Source: a virus (Duplodnaviria; Caudoviricetes). Taken from it: 28,778 bases of DNA. A model generated the notes under the pieces. It searched no databases, was not told where the DNA came from, and saw only the letters and a list, made by a program, of their open reading frames with translations. Of this stretch, positions 1 to 7,953 are shown in pieces (the stretch's first letter is position 1; each line of letters opens with the position of its first letter). The DNA lies in IMG/VR virus record IMGVR_UViG_3300032234_000100, positions 1-28,778 of that record, one strand, 5' to 3'. The translations under genes and the position numbers were made by a program.

Positions 1-123
1 TAAGGACTTTGTACTTAACTACCTCAAATCACAGGGTGAACTGGATGTTTACAACCATTGTGCGAAGTCAACAAATTTGTTTACCGAAAACTATCTAAAC
101 ATGCTAGATAGTATTGACATGAA
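1..123. repeat. Terminal direct repeat / circular assembly overlap, left copy
   Basis: 1-123 (taaggactttgt...gacatgaa) is identical to 28656-28778. Confidence 0.97.
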
Positions 124-1228
124 GATATTGCAGGATGATAGAAATGTATCTTATATCCCTTTCCTCAATGGAGTGGTTAGAATAACTAAGAAAAGCATTG
201 ATCTATTAAGCTACATTGATATTGATGGCTACATTTGGTCCGGTCAGATTATTAATAGAAATTATACCTCAATCGCGATTCACGATAACAACTTCAAAGA
301 TTTTATACATAAGGTATCAGCACAGGATGATGTGAGAATACAAGCCATGGAGACCACACTGGGATACCTGCTTCATACTTTCAAGGACAAAACAGATCAG
401 AAGGCAATTATTTTTAATGATCAGGAGATAGATGATAACCCCAACGGTGGAAGTGGTAAGAGCTTAGTATTGACTGCATTGAGTAATATCCGCAAAGTAA
501 TCAAGATAGACGGTAAGGCCTTCAATCCAGGTAAGAGTGATTTCGTATATCAACGGGTTAACCTAGATACTCAGGTGCTAGCCTTTGATGACGTTAAGAA
601 AAACTTTGATTTTGAGCAGTTATTCTCACTAATTACTGAGGGAATACCGGTTAACCGAAAGAATAAGGATGAGATATACATCCCATTTGAACGTTCACCC
701 AAGATAGTGATAACCACTAACTACGTGATAGCAGGAGCAGGTACTTCACATGACCGTAGAAGACACGAAATAGAGTTCTTTCAGTACTTCAATTCACAAC
801 GTAACCCAGTGCAAGAGTATGGCCGGCTATTATTTGATGAGTGGACAGCTGATGAGTGGAGTGCATTCGATAACTACATGCTAAACAACTTGCAGATGTA
901 CCTACAGATAGGGTTAATGAAGTCTAAAAGTATCAATGCGGATGCTAAGAGATTTATTCAGGCTACATGTAAGGAGTTCTATGACTTTGCTATTGACGGT
1001 AATATATCGGCTAACATTAGACACTACAATAAAAGCAGTCTTGAGGCCTTCCAGAATGATACAAACGCATTCAAAGACCTTGATAGCAAAAAGTACTTGA
1101 GATGGGTGGCATCTTGGGCTACTTACAAAGGCTATATCATGAGCAAAGATAGAGACCAACATGGTAGATACTTTGAGCTCAAGCTTCCAAACCCTGAAAC
1201 TAATACTAATGATGAAAAAAGAGTATAA
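2..1228 (+). CDS. C-terminal part of the primase-helicase (P-loop helicase, D5/SF3-like); continues from 27532 across the junction
   Basis: Open in frame from base 2. Walker A NGGSGKS, Walker B-like VLAFDDV, motif-C-like IVITTN, and DRRR. Same frame as the ORF running off the right end. Confidence 0.85.
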   Translation, partial: KDFVLNYLKSQGELDVYNHCAKSTNLFTENYLNMLDSIDMKILQDDRNVSYIPFLNGVVRITKKSIDLLSYIDIDGYIWSGQIINRNYTSIAIHDNNFKDFIHKVSAQDDVRIQAMETTLGYLLHTFKDKTDQKAIIFNDQEIDDNPNGGSGKSLVLTALSNIRKVIKIDGKAFNPGKSDFVYQRVNLDTQVLAFDDVKKNFDFEQLFSLITEGIPVNRKNKDEIYIPFERSPKIVITTNYVIAGAGTSHDRRRHEIEFFQYFNSQRNPVQEYGRLLFDEWTADEWSAFDNYMLNNLQMYLQIGLMKSKSINADAKRFIQATCKEFYDFAIDGNISANIRHYNKSSLEAFQNDTNAFKDLDSKKYLRWVASWATYKGYIMSKDRDQHGRYFELKLPNPETNTNDEKRV

Positions 1229-1667
1229 GGCACTGCTTCATGAGCTGAAGCTTCAACGCTATGCCATTACACACCCAAATTTTCCACAAGACTATATACC
1301 TAAAACAATGTACAAAGACTCAACAGCAAACGGATTGACAAGAGCTATCTGCGATTTTATAAACTATCAAGGATACCAGGCTGAACGCATTAACACAATG
1401 GGAACAGCAAGAGAAAAAAAGACTACTGCCGGTAAGGTGATCGGGGTAACCTGGACAAAGGGAACCTCTACAGCTGGGAGTGCTGATATATCTGCTACCA
1501 TAAAAGGAAGGTCAGTTAAAATAGAGGTCAAGATAGGTAAGGATAGGCAAAGTGAAGCACAAAAGAGATACCAGGAGAACATAGAGAAGGCAGGAGGTAT
1601 CTACATTATAGCTAAGGATTTCGATAGTTTTGTGGATTGGTATGAAAATTTTATACAAAATAATTAA
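1209..1667 (+). CDS. VRR-NUC-like PD-(D/E)xK nuclease (possible resolvase)
   Basis: ADISATIKGRSVKIEVKIGKDRQSEAQKRYQENIEKAGGIYIIA fits the VRR-NUC pattern. ATG 1209/1212 preferred over 1161 because it shortens the overlap with the helicase. Confidence 0.75.
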   Translation: MMKKEYKALLHELKLQRYAITHPNFPQDYIPKTMYKDSTANGLTRAICDFINYQGYQAERINTMGTAREKKTTAGKVIGVTWTKGTSTAGSADISATIKGRSVKIEVKIGKDRQSEAQKRYQENIEKAGGIYIIAKDFDSFVDWYENFIQNN

Positions 1668-1674
1668 AAAAAAC

Positions 1675-1704
1675 TTTCATATATAAAAAAGTTTACTACC
1701 TTTA
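1675..1704 (+). promoter_or_regulatory. Putative early host-sigma (Bacteroidota-type) promoter with overlapping palindromic operator
   Basis: TTTC(1675-1678)-N18-TACCTTTA(1697-1704), one mismatch in each element versus TTTG...TAnnTTTG. Closely parallels the promoter at 25534-25563. Confidence 0.6.
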
Positions 1705-1730
1705 CAGAGTTAACCACTTAAAAAAAAGCT

Positions 1731-1892
1731 ATGAATACAACAAAAGAACTTGAAGCAATGTTGGAGGTAATAAGAAAAAAAAATGCTACTGAATTTATTT
1801 CTACATTAAATAAAGAGTTTAATGAACAACAACTTGAGAATTTTATATTAATTCTTTGTCAGTACGAGAAATTTTTAGAAGAAAATAATTAA
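1731..1892 (+). CDS. Small hypothetical protein, 53 aa (not in the ORF track)
   Basis: MNTTKELEAMLEVIRKKNATEF...LEENN*. A-rich leader; first gene after the promoter. Confidence 0.6.
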   Translation: MNTTKELEAMLEVIRKKNATEFISTLNKEFNEQQLENFILILCQYEKFLEENN

Positions 1893-1898
1893 TAAAAA

Positions 1899-1924
1899 TG
1901 AGGGGTGCGGCTCAGTTAACGCAC
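1899..1924 (+). promoter_or_regulatory. Candidate H-type RNA pseudoknot in the erf leader
   Basis: TGAG(1899-1902)/CTCA(1911-1914) interleaved with GTGCG(1905-1909)/CGCAC(1920-1924). GC-rich island in an AT-rich spacer. Confidence 0.5.
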
Positions 1925-1942
1925 ATTTAGTACCTTAAAATT

Positions 1943-2476
1943 ATGACAACAAGGAAAACAGCTCAAGCTGAAGAGCCAAAAACAGCACTAAATATCTATC
2001 AAAAATTGCACTGTGCTAAGCAGTCAATGGGTAAGGTCATTAAGAATGCCACTAACCCTCATTTCAAACGCAGTTACGCTGATATTAACTCTATCATTGA
2101 GACCGTTGAGCCTATCCTAATGGACTGCGGACTAATCTTAATGCAGCCGGTTATTGATAACAAGGTAATCAGTAGAATAATTGACATTGAAACAGGTGAG
2201 AATGTAGAGAGTTCACTTGAATTACCTGCTATTTTAGATCCTCAAAAGCTACTTAGCTGTATTACTTACTTCCGTAGAGGTACATTGGTTAGCTTACTAT
2301 CCCTGCAGGCAGTAGATGATGATGGGGAAACTGCAAGCAAGGCACCTAAGGCAAAGCCTACGCTAGACGGTGAAAGATGGGATAAGGCACTTGGTGCTGT
2401 GAAAGCAGGTAAATTCACTCCTGAGCAAATCAAGGAGATGTACAACCTAACCAAAGAGCAGGAGGCACAGCTATGA
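1943..2476 (+). CDS. erf: ERF-superfamily single-strand annealing protein
   Basis: KNATNPHFKRSYADINSI, ITYFRRGTLVSLLSL and DDDG are ERF-family motifs. Confidence 0.85.
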   Translation: MTTRKTAQAEEPKTALNIYQKLHCAKQSMGKVIKNATNPHFKRSYADINSIIETVEPILMDCGLILMQPVIDNKVISRIIDIETGENVESSLELPAILDPQKLLSCITYFRRGTLVSLLSLQAVDDDGETASKAPKAKPTLDGERWDKALGAVKAGKFTPEQIKEMYNLTKEQEAQL

Positions 2477-3096
2477 AGTTCAGAGCATCTCAATTAGGTA
2501 AGTTAATGACCTCCTCCAGGACTAAGGGGGAGGCATTGAGTCAAACAGCTAAGAGTTACATCATCCAAAAAGCCAAAGAGGATTTCTTTGAGTACCGGAG
2601 TGAGCTCAATAACAAGTATCTAACCAAAGGACTAGCCCAGGAACAGGACAGTATTGACCTGCTTAACCTGGTTAGGCTAGAGGACTACAAAAAAAATGAG
2701 GAAAGGGTAGAGAATGAATGGCTAACTGGGTGCTGTGATATTATTACTGATACATCCATCATAGATATTAAGACCTCATGGTCCTTAGATACGTTCCCTG
2801 CAACTACATACGAGCTCAAGGATCTATCTGAGTACGAGTGGCAGGGTCGTGCATATATGTGGTTGTATGACATGCCTTCATTTGAGCTGTGCTATGTCAT
2901 GGTATCTACTGCACCGGATATTATGGGAGAATATGAGAATGGAGTACTGCACTATGTGGATCACATTGCACCTGAGAAGCGTATCACATCCATTACATTC
3001 GCTAGAGATAAAGAGATAGAGATACAGATGGCTGAGAGGCTTATCTTGGCTACTGAGTTCTATAAGGAGGTTATCAATCAATTAGAAAGCAAATGA
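2473..3096 (+). CDS. YqaJ/lambda-exonuclease-like nuclease
   Basis: FRASQLGKLM, TKGLAQEQD, LTGCCDII, IIDIKTSW, YEWQGRAYMWL. ATGA-coupled to erf. Confidence 0.8.
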   Translation: MKFRASQLGKLMTSSRTKGEALSQTAKSYIIQKAKEDFFEYRSELNNKYLTKGLAQEQDSIDLLNLVRLEDYKKNEERVENEWLTGCCDIITDTSIIDIKTSWSLDTFPATTYELKDLSEYEWQGRAYMWLYDMPSFELCYVMVSTAPDIMGEYENGVLHYVDHIAPEKRITSITFARDKEIEIQMAERLILATEFYKEVINQLESK

Positions 3097-3308
3097 ATAT
3101 AACACACGAACAAGAGCCCATTAAGCAGGAGGATAGTATTCTATTGGCAGTCATGGCTAAGTACTATGAGAGGAGTAAGAGGGGGCAGGCTAAGTACGGT
3201 ACTAACCTGGATAGGAAAGATGTTGACCTGGAGGGATGGCTTAACCATCTGCAGGAGGAGCTAATGGATGCTACTTTATATATTGAGAAACTTAAAAAAG
3301 AGATATGA
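3093..3308 (+). CDS. Small all-alpha NTP-pyrophosphatase (MazG-like) protein
   Basis: RSKRGQAKYGTNLDR...WLNHLQEELMDATLY contains the EExxD acidic motif. Confidence 0.55.
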   Translation: MNITHEQEPIKQEDSILLAVMAKYYERSKRGQAKYGTNLDRKDVDLEGWLNHLQEELMDATLYIEKLKKEI

Positions 3309-3484
3309 AACAGACAGCAGTAGAATGGTTAGCTCAACAAATTAATACAGCAAAATGGAAATTTTCAGATATTACTGATAGAAATGAAATAATTGAACAA
3401 GCCAAAGAGATGGAGAGAGAGCAAAACCATGCAGAATATATGAGAGGGTGGAAGGATGGATTGACTAAACAACAAGAACAATGA
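3305..3484 (+). CDS. MKQTAVEWL-family small protein, copy 1 (59 aa, not in the ORF track)
   Basis: MKQTAVEWLAQQ...EQAKEMEREQ...GWKDG. ATGA overlaps at both ends; paralog of 3481-3690. Confidence 0.8.
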   Translation: MKQTAVEWLAQQINTAKWKFSDITDRNEIIEQAKEMEREQNHAEYMRGWKDGLTKQQEQ

Positions 3485-3690
3485 AACAAACAGCAGTAGA
3501 GTGGTTGGTAGAGCAGTATAAAAAAGTTGGTGGAATATCCATTAGTATGGCTGACCAAGCCAAAGCAATGGAGAAAGAGCAGATATCAATAGCTTATAAA
3601 GAGGGATGGGATTGCCCACATGGAGAAGGATTCCCTGAAACTGGAGAACAATACTATAAAGAAACATATGAAAGCAAAACTAACATTTAA
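3481..3690 (+). CDS. MKQTAVEWL-family small protein, copy 2
   Basis: MKQTAVEWLVEQ...DQAKAMEKEQI...GWD...EQYYKETY. Confidence 0.8.
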   Translation: MKQTAVEWLVEQYKKVGGISISMADQAKAMEKEQISIAYKEGWDCPHGEGFPETGEQYYKETYESKTNI

Positions 3691-3883
3691 CCTGCCGGAA
3701 GATCAGGAGGATTTCAAGCTGGCTTGTCAAGCTATAGATCTAAAACAGGCACTCATTGAGATAGGCATGGAGCTAAGGTCACTGCATAAGTACGGTGAAC
3801 TCCCAGTTAACCAATGGGAACTAATCGGACAAGTAAGAGATAGATATAATTCAATTTTAAACGAGTATAATATAGAAATATGA
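3668..3883 (+). CDS. Conserved-looking phage hypothetical protein (MKAKLTFNLPED type)
   Basis: In frame with track ORF 3620-3883; the internal ATG at 3668 gives a more plausible start. Confidence 0.7.
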   Translation: MKAKLTFNLPEDQEDFKLACQAIDLKQALIEIGMELRSLHKYGELPVNQWELIGQVRDRYNSILNEYNIEI

Positions 3884-3972
3884 TAATAGCACTTTCAATT
3901 TTACTAGCCCCTGCGATAGTGTGGGGTTGGATTTCAACAATAAACTATATCAAATACATAAACCATGAGTAA
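3880..3972 (+). CDS. 30-aa hydrophobic peptide (not in the ORF track)
   Basis: MIIALSILLAPAIVWGWISTINYIKYINHE*. ATGA-coupled upstream; fills the gap exactly. Confidence 0.55.
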   Translation: MIIALSILLAPAIVWGWISTINYIKYINHE

Positions 3973-4321
3973 ATTCAAAGGAGAGGTAGTGTTCATCACA
4001 CCAACAACGTCAGTGAATGACAAATTCAAGAAAAGAGAAATAACCCTGAAGAGTACAGATGAGTATCCTCAGTACGTTACGTTCCAATTAACCCAGGACA
4101 AATGTGACCTAGCTAACAATCTCAAAACAGGTGAGGTAGTAGAGGTGCAATACAACCTAAGAGGCCGCAGATGGGAGGCACAAGACGGTACAATCAAGTA
4201 CTTCAACTCGATTGAAGCATGGACCATGAGCTTGAGCTCACGTACTGAGAACAGTGCTGTTGATAAATTACGCAAAACTTTTGACACTACAGATGAGAGC
4301 AGTGACGATCTACCTTTCTGA
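3965..4321 (+). CDS. DUF3127-like OB-fold single-stranded DNA-binding protein
   Basis: FKKREITL, YPQYVTFQLTQDKCD, YNLRGRRW, YFNSIEAW. Acidic SSB-type tail DDLPF. Confidence 0.85.
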   Translation: MSKFKGEVVFITPTTSVNDKFKKREITLKSTDEYPQYVTFQLTQDKCDLANNLKTGEVVEVQYNLRGRRWEAQDGTIKYFNSIEAWTMSLSSRTENSAVDKLRKTFDTTDESSDDLPF

Positions 4322-4529
4322 GGACCAACAACTATCTGAATGGATGCGAAAAGAGATTAAACTCAAGCTATCCAAGAGATATAAGCTGACCCATCTATCT
4401 GAGGACATGGGGGTCAATTATGCTAAGCTATACCGGTTCATGCAGGGGCGTAATGTGACCACTGAGATCTATGATAGCTTTTTTAGAGTATATTTGAATC
4501 AATGGAACTCTTACTACTCATACCTGTAG
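4293..4529 (+). CDS. Small XRE/Cro-like helix-turn-helix protein
   Basis: LTHLSEDMGVNYAKLYRFMQG is HTH-like. Start uncertain (ATG 4293 or GTG 4302). Confidence 0.55.
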   Translation: MRAVTIYLSEDQQLSEWMRKEIKLKLSKRYKLTHLSEDMGVNYAKLYRFMQGRNVTTEIYDSFFRVYLNQWNSYYSYL

Positions 4530-4750
4530 CATGGTGGTGGTGCAATTTTGAGCCACTGCAAGCAACTTTGACTAGGATATATATGTCCTTAAAACCAGGC
4601 ACATGGGCCATACCCTTACTAGATGCATTGAGTTGCAGTAAGTGTGTGGCCTTTTGGCTTACATTGGCATGGCATCAGGACTTTATCCTAGCCTGTCAGG
4701 CAGCACTGGGTGCCTATATACTCGAATTATGTTTGAACAAACTGACATAG
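4502..4750 (+). CDS. Small membrane protein with CxxC (DUF1360-like)
   Basis: Hydrophobic segments and LSCSKCVAFW. Confidence 0.65.
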   Translation: MELLLLIPVAWWWCNFEPLQATLTRIYMSLKPGTWAIPLLDALSCSKCVAFWLTLAWHQDFILACQAALGAYILELCLNKLT

Positions 4751-4947
4751 AGGTAATAGATAAGATAGATGCCTTGGCAGATGCTGTAAAGTATTCCAAG
4801 TATTCATGTGTTCAGCTGTACAAAATACGGGTCAAGTACGATGGCCCACAGCCTAGGGAGTGTTTTTGTGCATCGGTTAGGAGAAAGGTATGGTACAAAG
4901 ACTTTATGGTATGGTATGAAAAGACTCTTAGACAAGTACATCAATAG
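4729..4947 (+). CDS. Hypothetical protein with CFC motif
   Basis: In frame with track ORF 4642-4947; ATG 4729 (MFEQTD) avoids a long overlap. Confidence 0.6.
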   Translation: MFEQTDIEVIDKIDALADAVKYSKYSCVQLYKIRVKYDGPQPRECFCASVRRKVWYKDFMVWYEKTLRQVHQ

Positions 4948-5461
4948 TAATTACCATGAGGTAAGAGCTTATACGCTGTACTTTCTCACTAAGATGGGGA
5001 GTAAGATAGAGGCAGATACTGTTATAAATAACTCATACCTGCATGTGCTGACCATTAATGAGGATGCTAATAGTGAAGACCAGGTAAAAAGTTACCTTCT
5101 CAACACAATCAAGTATCAAATCCTATGGAACACGTCACTGAGTCATAGAGATGATAGAGTCACATCAATGGAGTATGAACCCAGTGAGCAGGAGGATGAC
5201 GAGCAGGACCTACAAGCCAAGATACTGGAGGATAAAATCTACAGCACTCACAAAGGGCTGATAGAGATCTATAGAGCAGGGATAAGTGACAATGTGCACA
5301 GGATAGTTTTTGAGGCATATATCGACAAGGGTTACACCACAGCTCGAGGGATGGCTAAGTACTTCGGGATACCGGTTACTTCAGCTCATTACCTGATAAC
5401 TGAAATTAAACAAAATCTTAGAAAACTACAATATAGGTATGAGACTATCTCAAATAATTAG
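4916..5461 (+). CDS. Divergent ECF-like (sigma-70 group 4) RNA polymerase sigma factor
   Basis: 181 aa from ATG 4916. Region-2-like YHEVRAYT..EADTVINNSYL..VKSYLLNTIKY, an acidic linker, and a region-4-like HTH RIVFEAYIDKGYTTARGMAKYFGIPVTSAHYLITEIKQNL. Confidence 0.65.
   Translation: MKRLLDKYINSNYHEVRAYTLYFLTKMGSKIEADTVINNSYLHVLTINEDANSEDQVKSYLLNTIKYQILWNTSLSHRDDRVTSMEYEPSEQEDDEQDLQAKILEDKIYSTHKGLIEIYRAGISDNVHRIVFEAYIDKGYTTARGMAKYFGIPVTSAHYLITEIKQNLRKLQYRYETISNN
5409..5438 (+). promoter_or_regulatory. Late-promoter motif copy 1
   Basis: AACA(5409-5412)-N16-CAATATAGGT(5429-5438) followed directly by ATG 5439. Confidence 0.7.
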
Positions 5462-5603
5462 CATACTAGCTACATTCACTGCCTTGACCGGTGCGTTCTT
5501 TCTGATTAGAAATAACTACTTTTATGGTAGTAGAGCCTTTGGTATTTGGGTAGTACTTTATTATGCATGGCTATTTTTAGAACAATATGAGCAAGAAAAT
5601 TAA
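5439..5603 (+). CDS. 54-aa two-TM membrane protein (not in the ORF track)
   Basis: MRLSQIISILATFTALTGAFFLIRNNYFYGSRAFGIWVVLYYAWLFLEQYEQEN*. Starts exactly at the conserved motif. Confidence 0.7.
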   Translation: MRLSQIISILATFTALTGAFFLIRNNYFYGSRAFGIWVVLYYAWLFLEQYEQEN

Positions 5604-5787
5604 AAGCGAGTACATGGGGCAGTATGTTACTGTGTACCTAAACGGAAGGGAAGTATCTTTCAACATTTCTGAAGAGACAGCAAACGAAGCTGATTTCTGG
5701 ACTAACAACGGACTAGGGCATATCTTTGAGGAAGTAGTAGTTAAAAAAATTAAAACAGATGCCAACACCCCGCCCGCAGGAGAGTAA
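5587..5787 (+). CDS. Hypothetical protein
   Basis: 66-aa ORF in operon context with overlapping neighbours. Confidence 0.65.
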   Translation: MSKKIKSEYMGQYVTVYLNGREVSFNISEETANEADFWTNNGLGHIFEEVVVKKIKTDANTPPAGE

Positions 5788-6211
5788 AGATGAGTACCTG
5801 GAGCGATGCATGGGAGATGAGGAAACTCTATCCAAGTATCCGGAGAATGAACAGCGGTATGCTGTATGCAATTCTCTTTGGGATGCTGAAGCATTGAGCA
5901 GGTATCGTAGAGCATTTGCTCCTGATAAGATTTCTTTTGACTATGATGAAACCCTAACCACTGATAAAGGGATGCGATTAGCTAAGCAATGGATAAGCAA
6001 AGGTGCAGATGTTTATATCATTTCAGCACGCACTGATACTGAACCAATGTTAACCAGGGCAAAAGAACTTGGGATACCTAATTCACGCATCTATGCAATG
6101 GGTAGCAATAAGGCAAAGGTGGAGGAAATACTACAACTTGGTATATCTAAGCATTATGATAACAATGCCGATGTTATTAAACAACTAGGCAAAATAGGAG
6201 AATTAATATGA
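5759..6211 (+). CDS. Two-domain protein: short N-terminal Cys-pair helical domain plus minimal HAD-superfamily domain
   Basis: PTPRPQESKDEYLERCM...RYAVC, then ISFDYDETL (HAD motif I), IISAR (II), K (III) and HYDNN (IV). Confidence 0.65.
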   Translation: MPTPRPQESKDEYLERCMGDEETLSKYPENEQRYAVCNSLWDAEALSRYRRAFAPDKISFDYDETLTTDKGMRLAKQWISKGADVYIISARTDTEPMLTRAKELGIPNSRIYAMGSNKAKVEEILQLGISKHYDNNADVIKQLGKIGELI

Positions 6212-6642
6212 GACCTAAACACATAGAAACACCTGAGGCAATGTGGGATCTATTTGAGTCCTACAAACGTTGGTGTAAAGAAAATCCTAGATATAGCTAT
6301 TCTCTATCTAACAAGACAGGTGAAGCTACAGCAGTCCCATTAGAAAGACCACTTACTCAAGTGGGTTTCAGGACTTTTGCTGCAGATAGAGGGCAGACTG
6401 TCAATGATTATTTTGCTAACACTGGGGGTAGATATTCCGACTATACTACAATCTGCTCACGCATAGAGGAAGCAATCCGCATGGACCAAATTGAAGGGGG
6501 CATGGTGGGGCAGTACAATGCATCGATCACCCAACGACTAAACAACCTAACCGAACGGGTTGACACTACTACCAACGGCGAAACCATCAATGACATCCAG
6601 GTGAAGATTATACTACCAACAGATGAGTCCTCAGCAGATTGA
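6208..6642 (+). CDS. terS: Terminase small subunit (P22 gp3-like DNA-packaging protein)
   Basis: ETPEAMWDLFESY, RPLTQVGF, QIEGGMVGQYNASITQRL; lies upstream of TerL. Confidence 0.8.
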   Translation: MRPKHIETPEAMWDLFESYKRWCKENPRYSYSLSNKTGEATAVPLERPLTQVGFRTFAADRGQTVNDYFANTGGRYSDYTTICSRIEEAIRMDQIEGGMVGQYNASITQRLNNLTERVDTTTNGETINDIQVKIILPTDESSAD

Positions 6643-6811
6643 GTTCATGTGTAGACTTGTAGAAGACTATATCTACAGAAAGAAAGGGAAGCAGGTAAAG
6701 ATAGATATAAGGGAAGTGATGAGTGATGGGAGGCAACTCGCTATGTTAATGAATGCCTATCAGATAGTACATGGAGATAAAGAGCACAGTAATTTTTCAA
6801 AAGAACCATGA
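6623..6811 (+). CDS. Hypothetical protein between terS and terL
   Basis: 62-aa ORF filling the gap and overlapping both neighbours. Confidence 0.55.
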   Translation: MSPQQIEFMCRLVEDYIYRKKGKQVKIDIREVMSDGRQLAMLMNAYQIVHGDKEHSNFSKEP

Positions 6812-7922
6812 AGCCCTTAATGATAAGGCTATAAGGTTTGTCATTAATGAGGGAGGGTCAAGGTCCTCCAAGACCTATAGCTTATGTCAGCTGATTATAG
6901 TCTACTGCCTACAAAATAAAGGTAAGGTAGTTAGTATCATTAGAAAGACCTTCCCTGCTCTAAGGGCAACGGTCATGCGTGACTTCATTGAGATACTCAA
7001 GGACCTCAACCTGTATAGCCTGGAAGCACACAATAAGAGTGAGCACATCTACACCTTCCCTAATGGGTCCATCGTGGAGTTCTTCTCAGTGGATGATGAG
7101 CAGAAGATACGAGGTAGGAAGCGTGACATTGCATGGTGTAACGAAGCCAATGAGCTGTACTTCGATGACTTCACTCAGTTGAACATGAGAACGGAGTACA
7201 AGCTAATCTTTGACTACAACCCCAGTGAGTCAAGCTCATGGCTGTATGAGTTACCCCAGGAGGAAAGCCTGCTTATCAAGTCAACATACAAGGATAACCC
7301 ATTCCTACCTAAGAGCATCCGAGCTCAGATTGAAGACCTCAAGAGAACGGATGAGGCACTATATCAAATCTATGCACTGGGTGAAAAGGCAATCAGTAAG
7401 AGTAACATCTACAGCAACTGGAGCTTCATACCTCATCGGCCTGCTAGGTTTGTCAACTACGTCTATGGTCTTGACTTCGGTTACAATCACCCCACTGCAC
7501 TCATGCGAGTCTATTGGTGTGATGCTGACATCTACATTGAGCCTGTCATCTATGAAAGCTATCTGACTACACCGATGCTGATAGACAAGATGCAAGGTGC
7601 CAACATTGAAAAGACTGTTACCATAGTAGCTGACTATGCAAGACCCGAAATCATAGCCGAGTTGAACAACGCAGGGTACGATGTTCAGAACGCCAACAAG
7701 GTAGTCAAGAAAGGGATAGACAACATCAAGACCTTTGGGGTATTCTGCCAGGATGACAAGGCACTCAAGAAAGAGTACGAAAACTACAAGTGGAAAAAAG
7801 TAGGGGATATGATCACTGACGAACCAGTCAAGATGTTTGATGATGCCATGGATGCAATCAGGTATGCGACTACTCACATCCGACAGGAGTACTATACGGA
7901 TGATAGTTACTTGGCCTTTTAG
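6771..7922 (+). CDS. terL: Terminase large subunit (PBSX/SPP1-like family)
   Basis: GGSRSSKT Walker A, IAWCNEANE Walker B, FDYNP, GLDFGY and DDAMDAIRY nuclease motifs. Confidence 0.93.
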   Translation: MEIKSTVIFQKNHEALNDKAIRFVINEGGSRSSKTYSLCQLIIVYCLQNKGKVVSIIRKTFPALRATVMRDFIEILKDLNLYSLEAHNKSEHIYTFPNGSIVEFFSVDDEQKIRGRKRDIAWCNEANELYFDDFTQLNMRTEYKLIFDYNPSESSSWLYELPQEESLLIKSTYKDNPFLPKSIRAQIEDLKRTDEALYQIYALGEKAISKSNIYSNWSFIPHRPARFVNYVYGLDFGYNHPTALMRVYWCDADIYIEPVIYESYLTTPMLIDKMQGANIEKTVTIVADYARPEIIAELNNAGYDVQNANKVVKKGIDNIKTFGVFCQDDKALKKEYENYKWKKVGDMITDEPVKMFDDAMDAIRYATTHIRQEYYTDDSYLAF

Positions 7923-7923
7923 A

Positions 7924-7953
7924 AACACATTAACTGCTTAGAATAATATAGGT
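7924..7953 (+). promoter_or_regulatory. Late-promoter motif copy 2
   Basis: AACA(7924-7927)-N16-TAATATAGGT(7944-7953)-ATG 7954. Confidence 0.75.

Noticed and set aside
1-123. Biological terminal repeat or att site
   Set aside because: It falls mid-gene and is an exact end overlap, typical of circular assembly; no integrase is apparent.
3868-3882. TAATATAGAA before ATG 3880 (and TAATATAGTC near 15939)
   Set aside because: Both lack the GGT ending and the upstream AACA, so they are not counted as late promoters.
3906-3928. Possible hairpin AGCCCC...GGGGTT upstream of the SSB-like gene
   Set aside because: It relies on several G-U pairs, has no U tract, and lies inside a plausible small ORF.
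7359-7928. 189-aa minus-strand ORF and the many other short antisense or alternate-frame ORFs in the track
   Set aside because: They lie wholly within well-supported genes and show no recognisable motifs or promoters; they are most likely codon-bias shadows.
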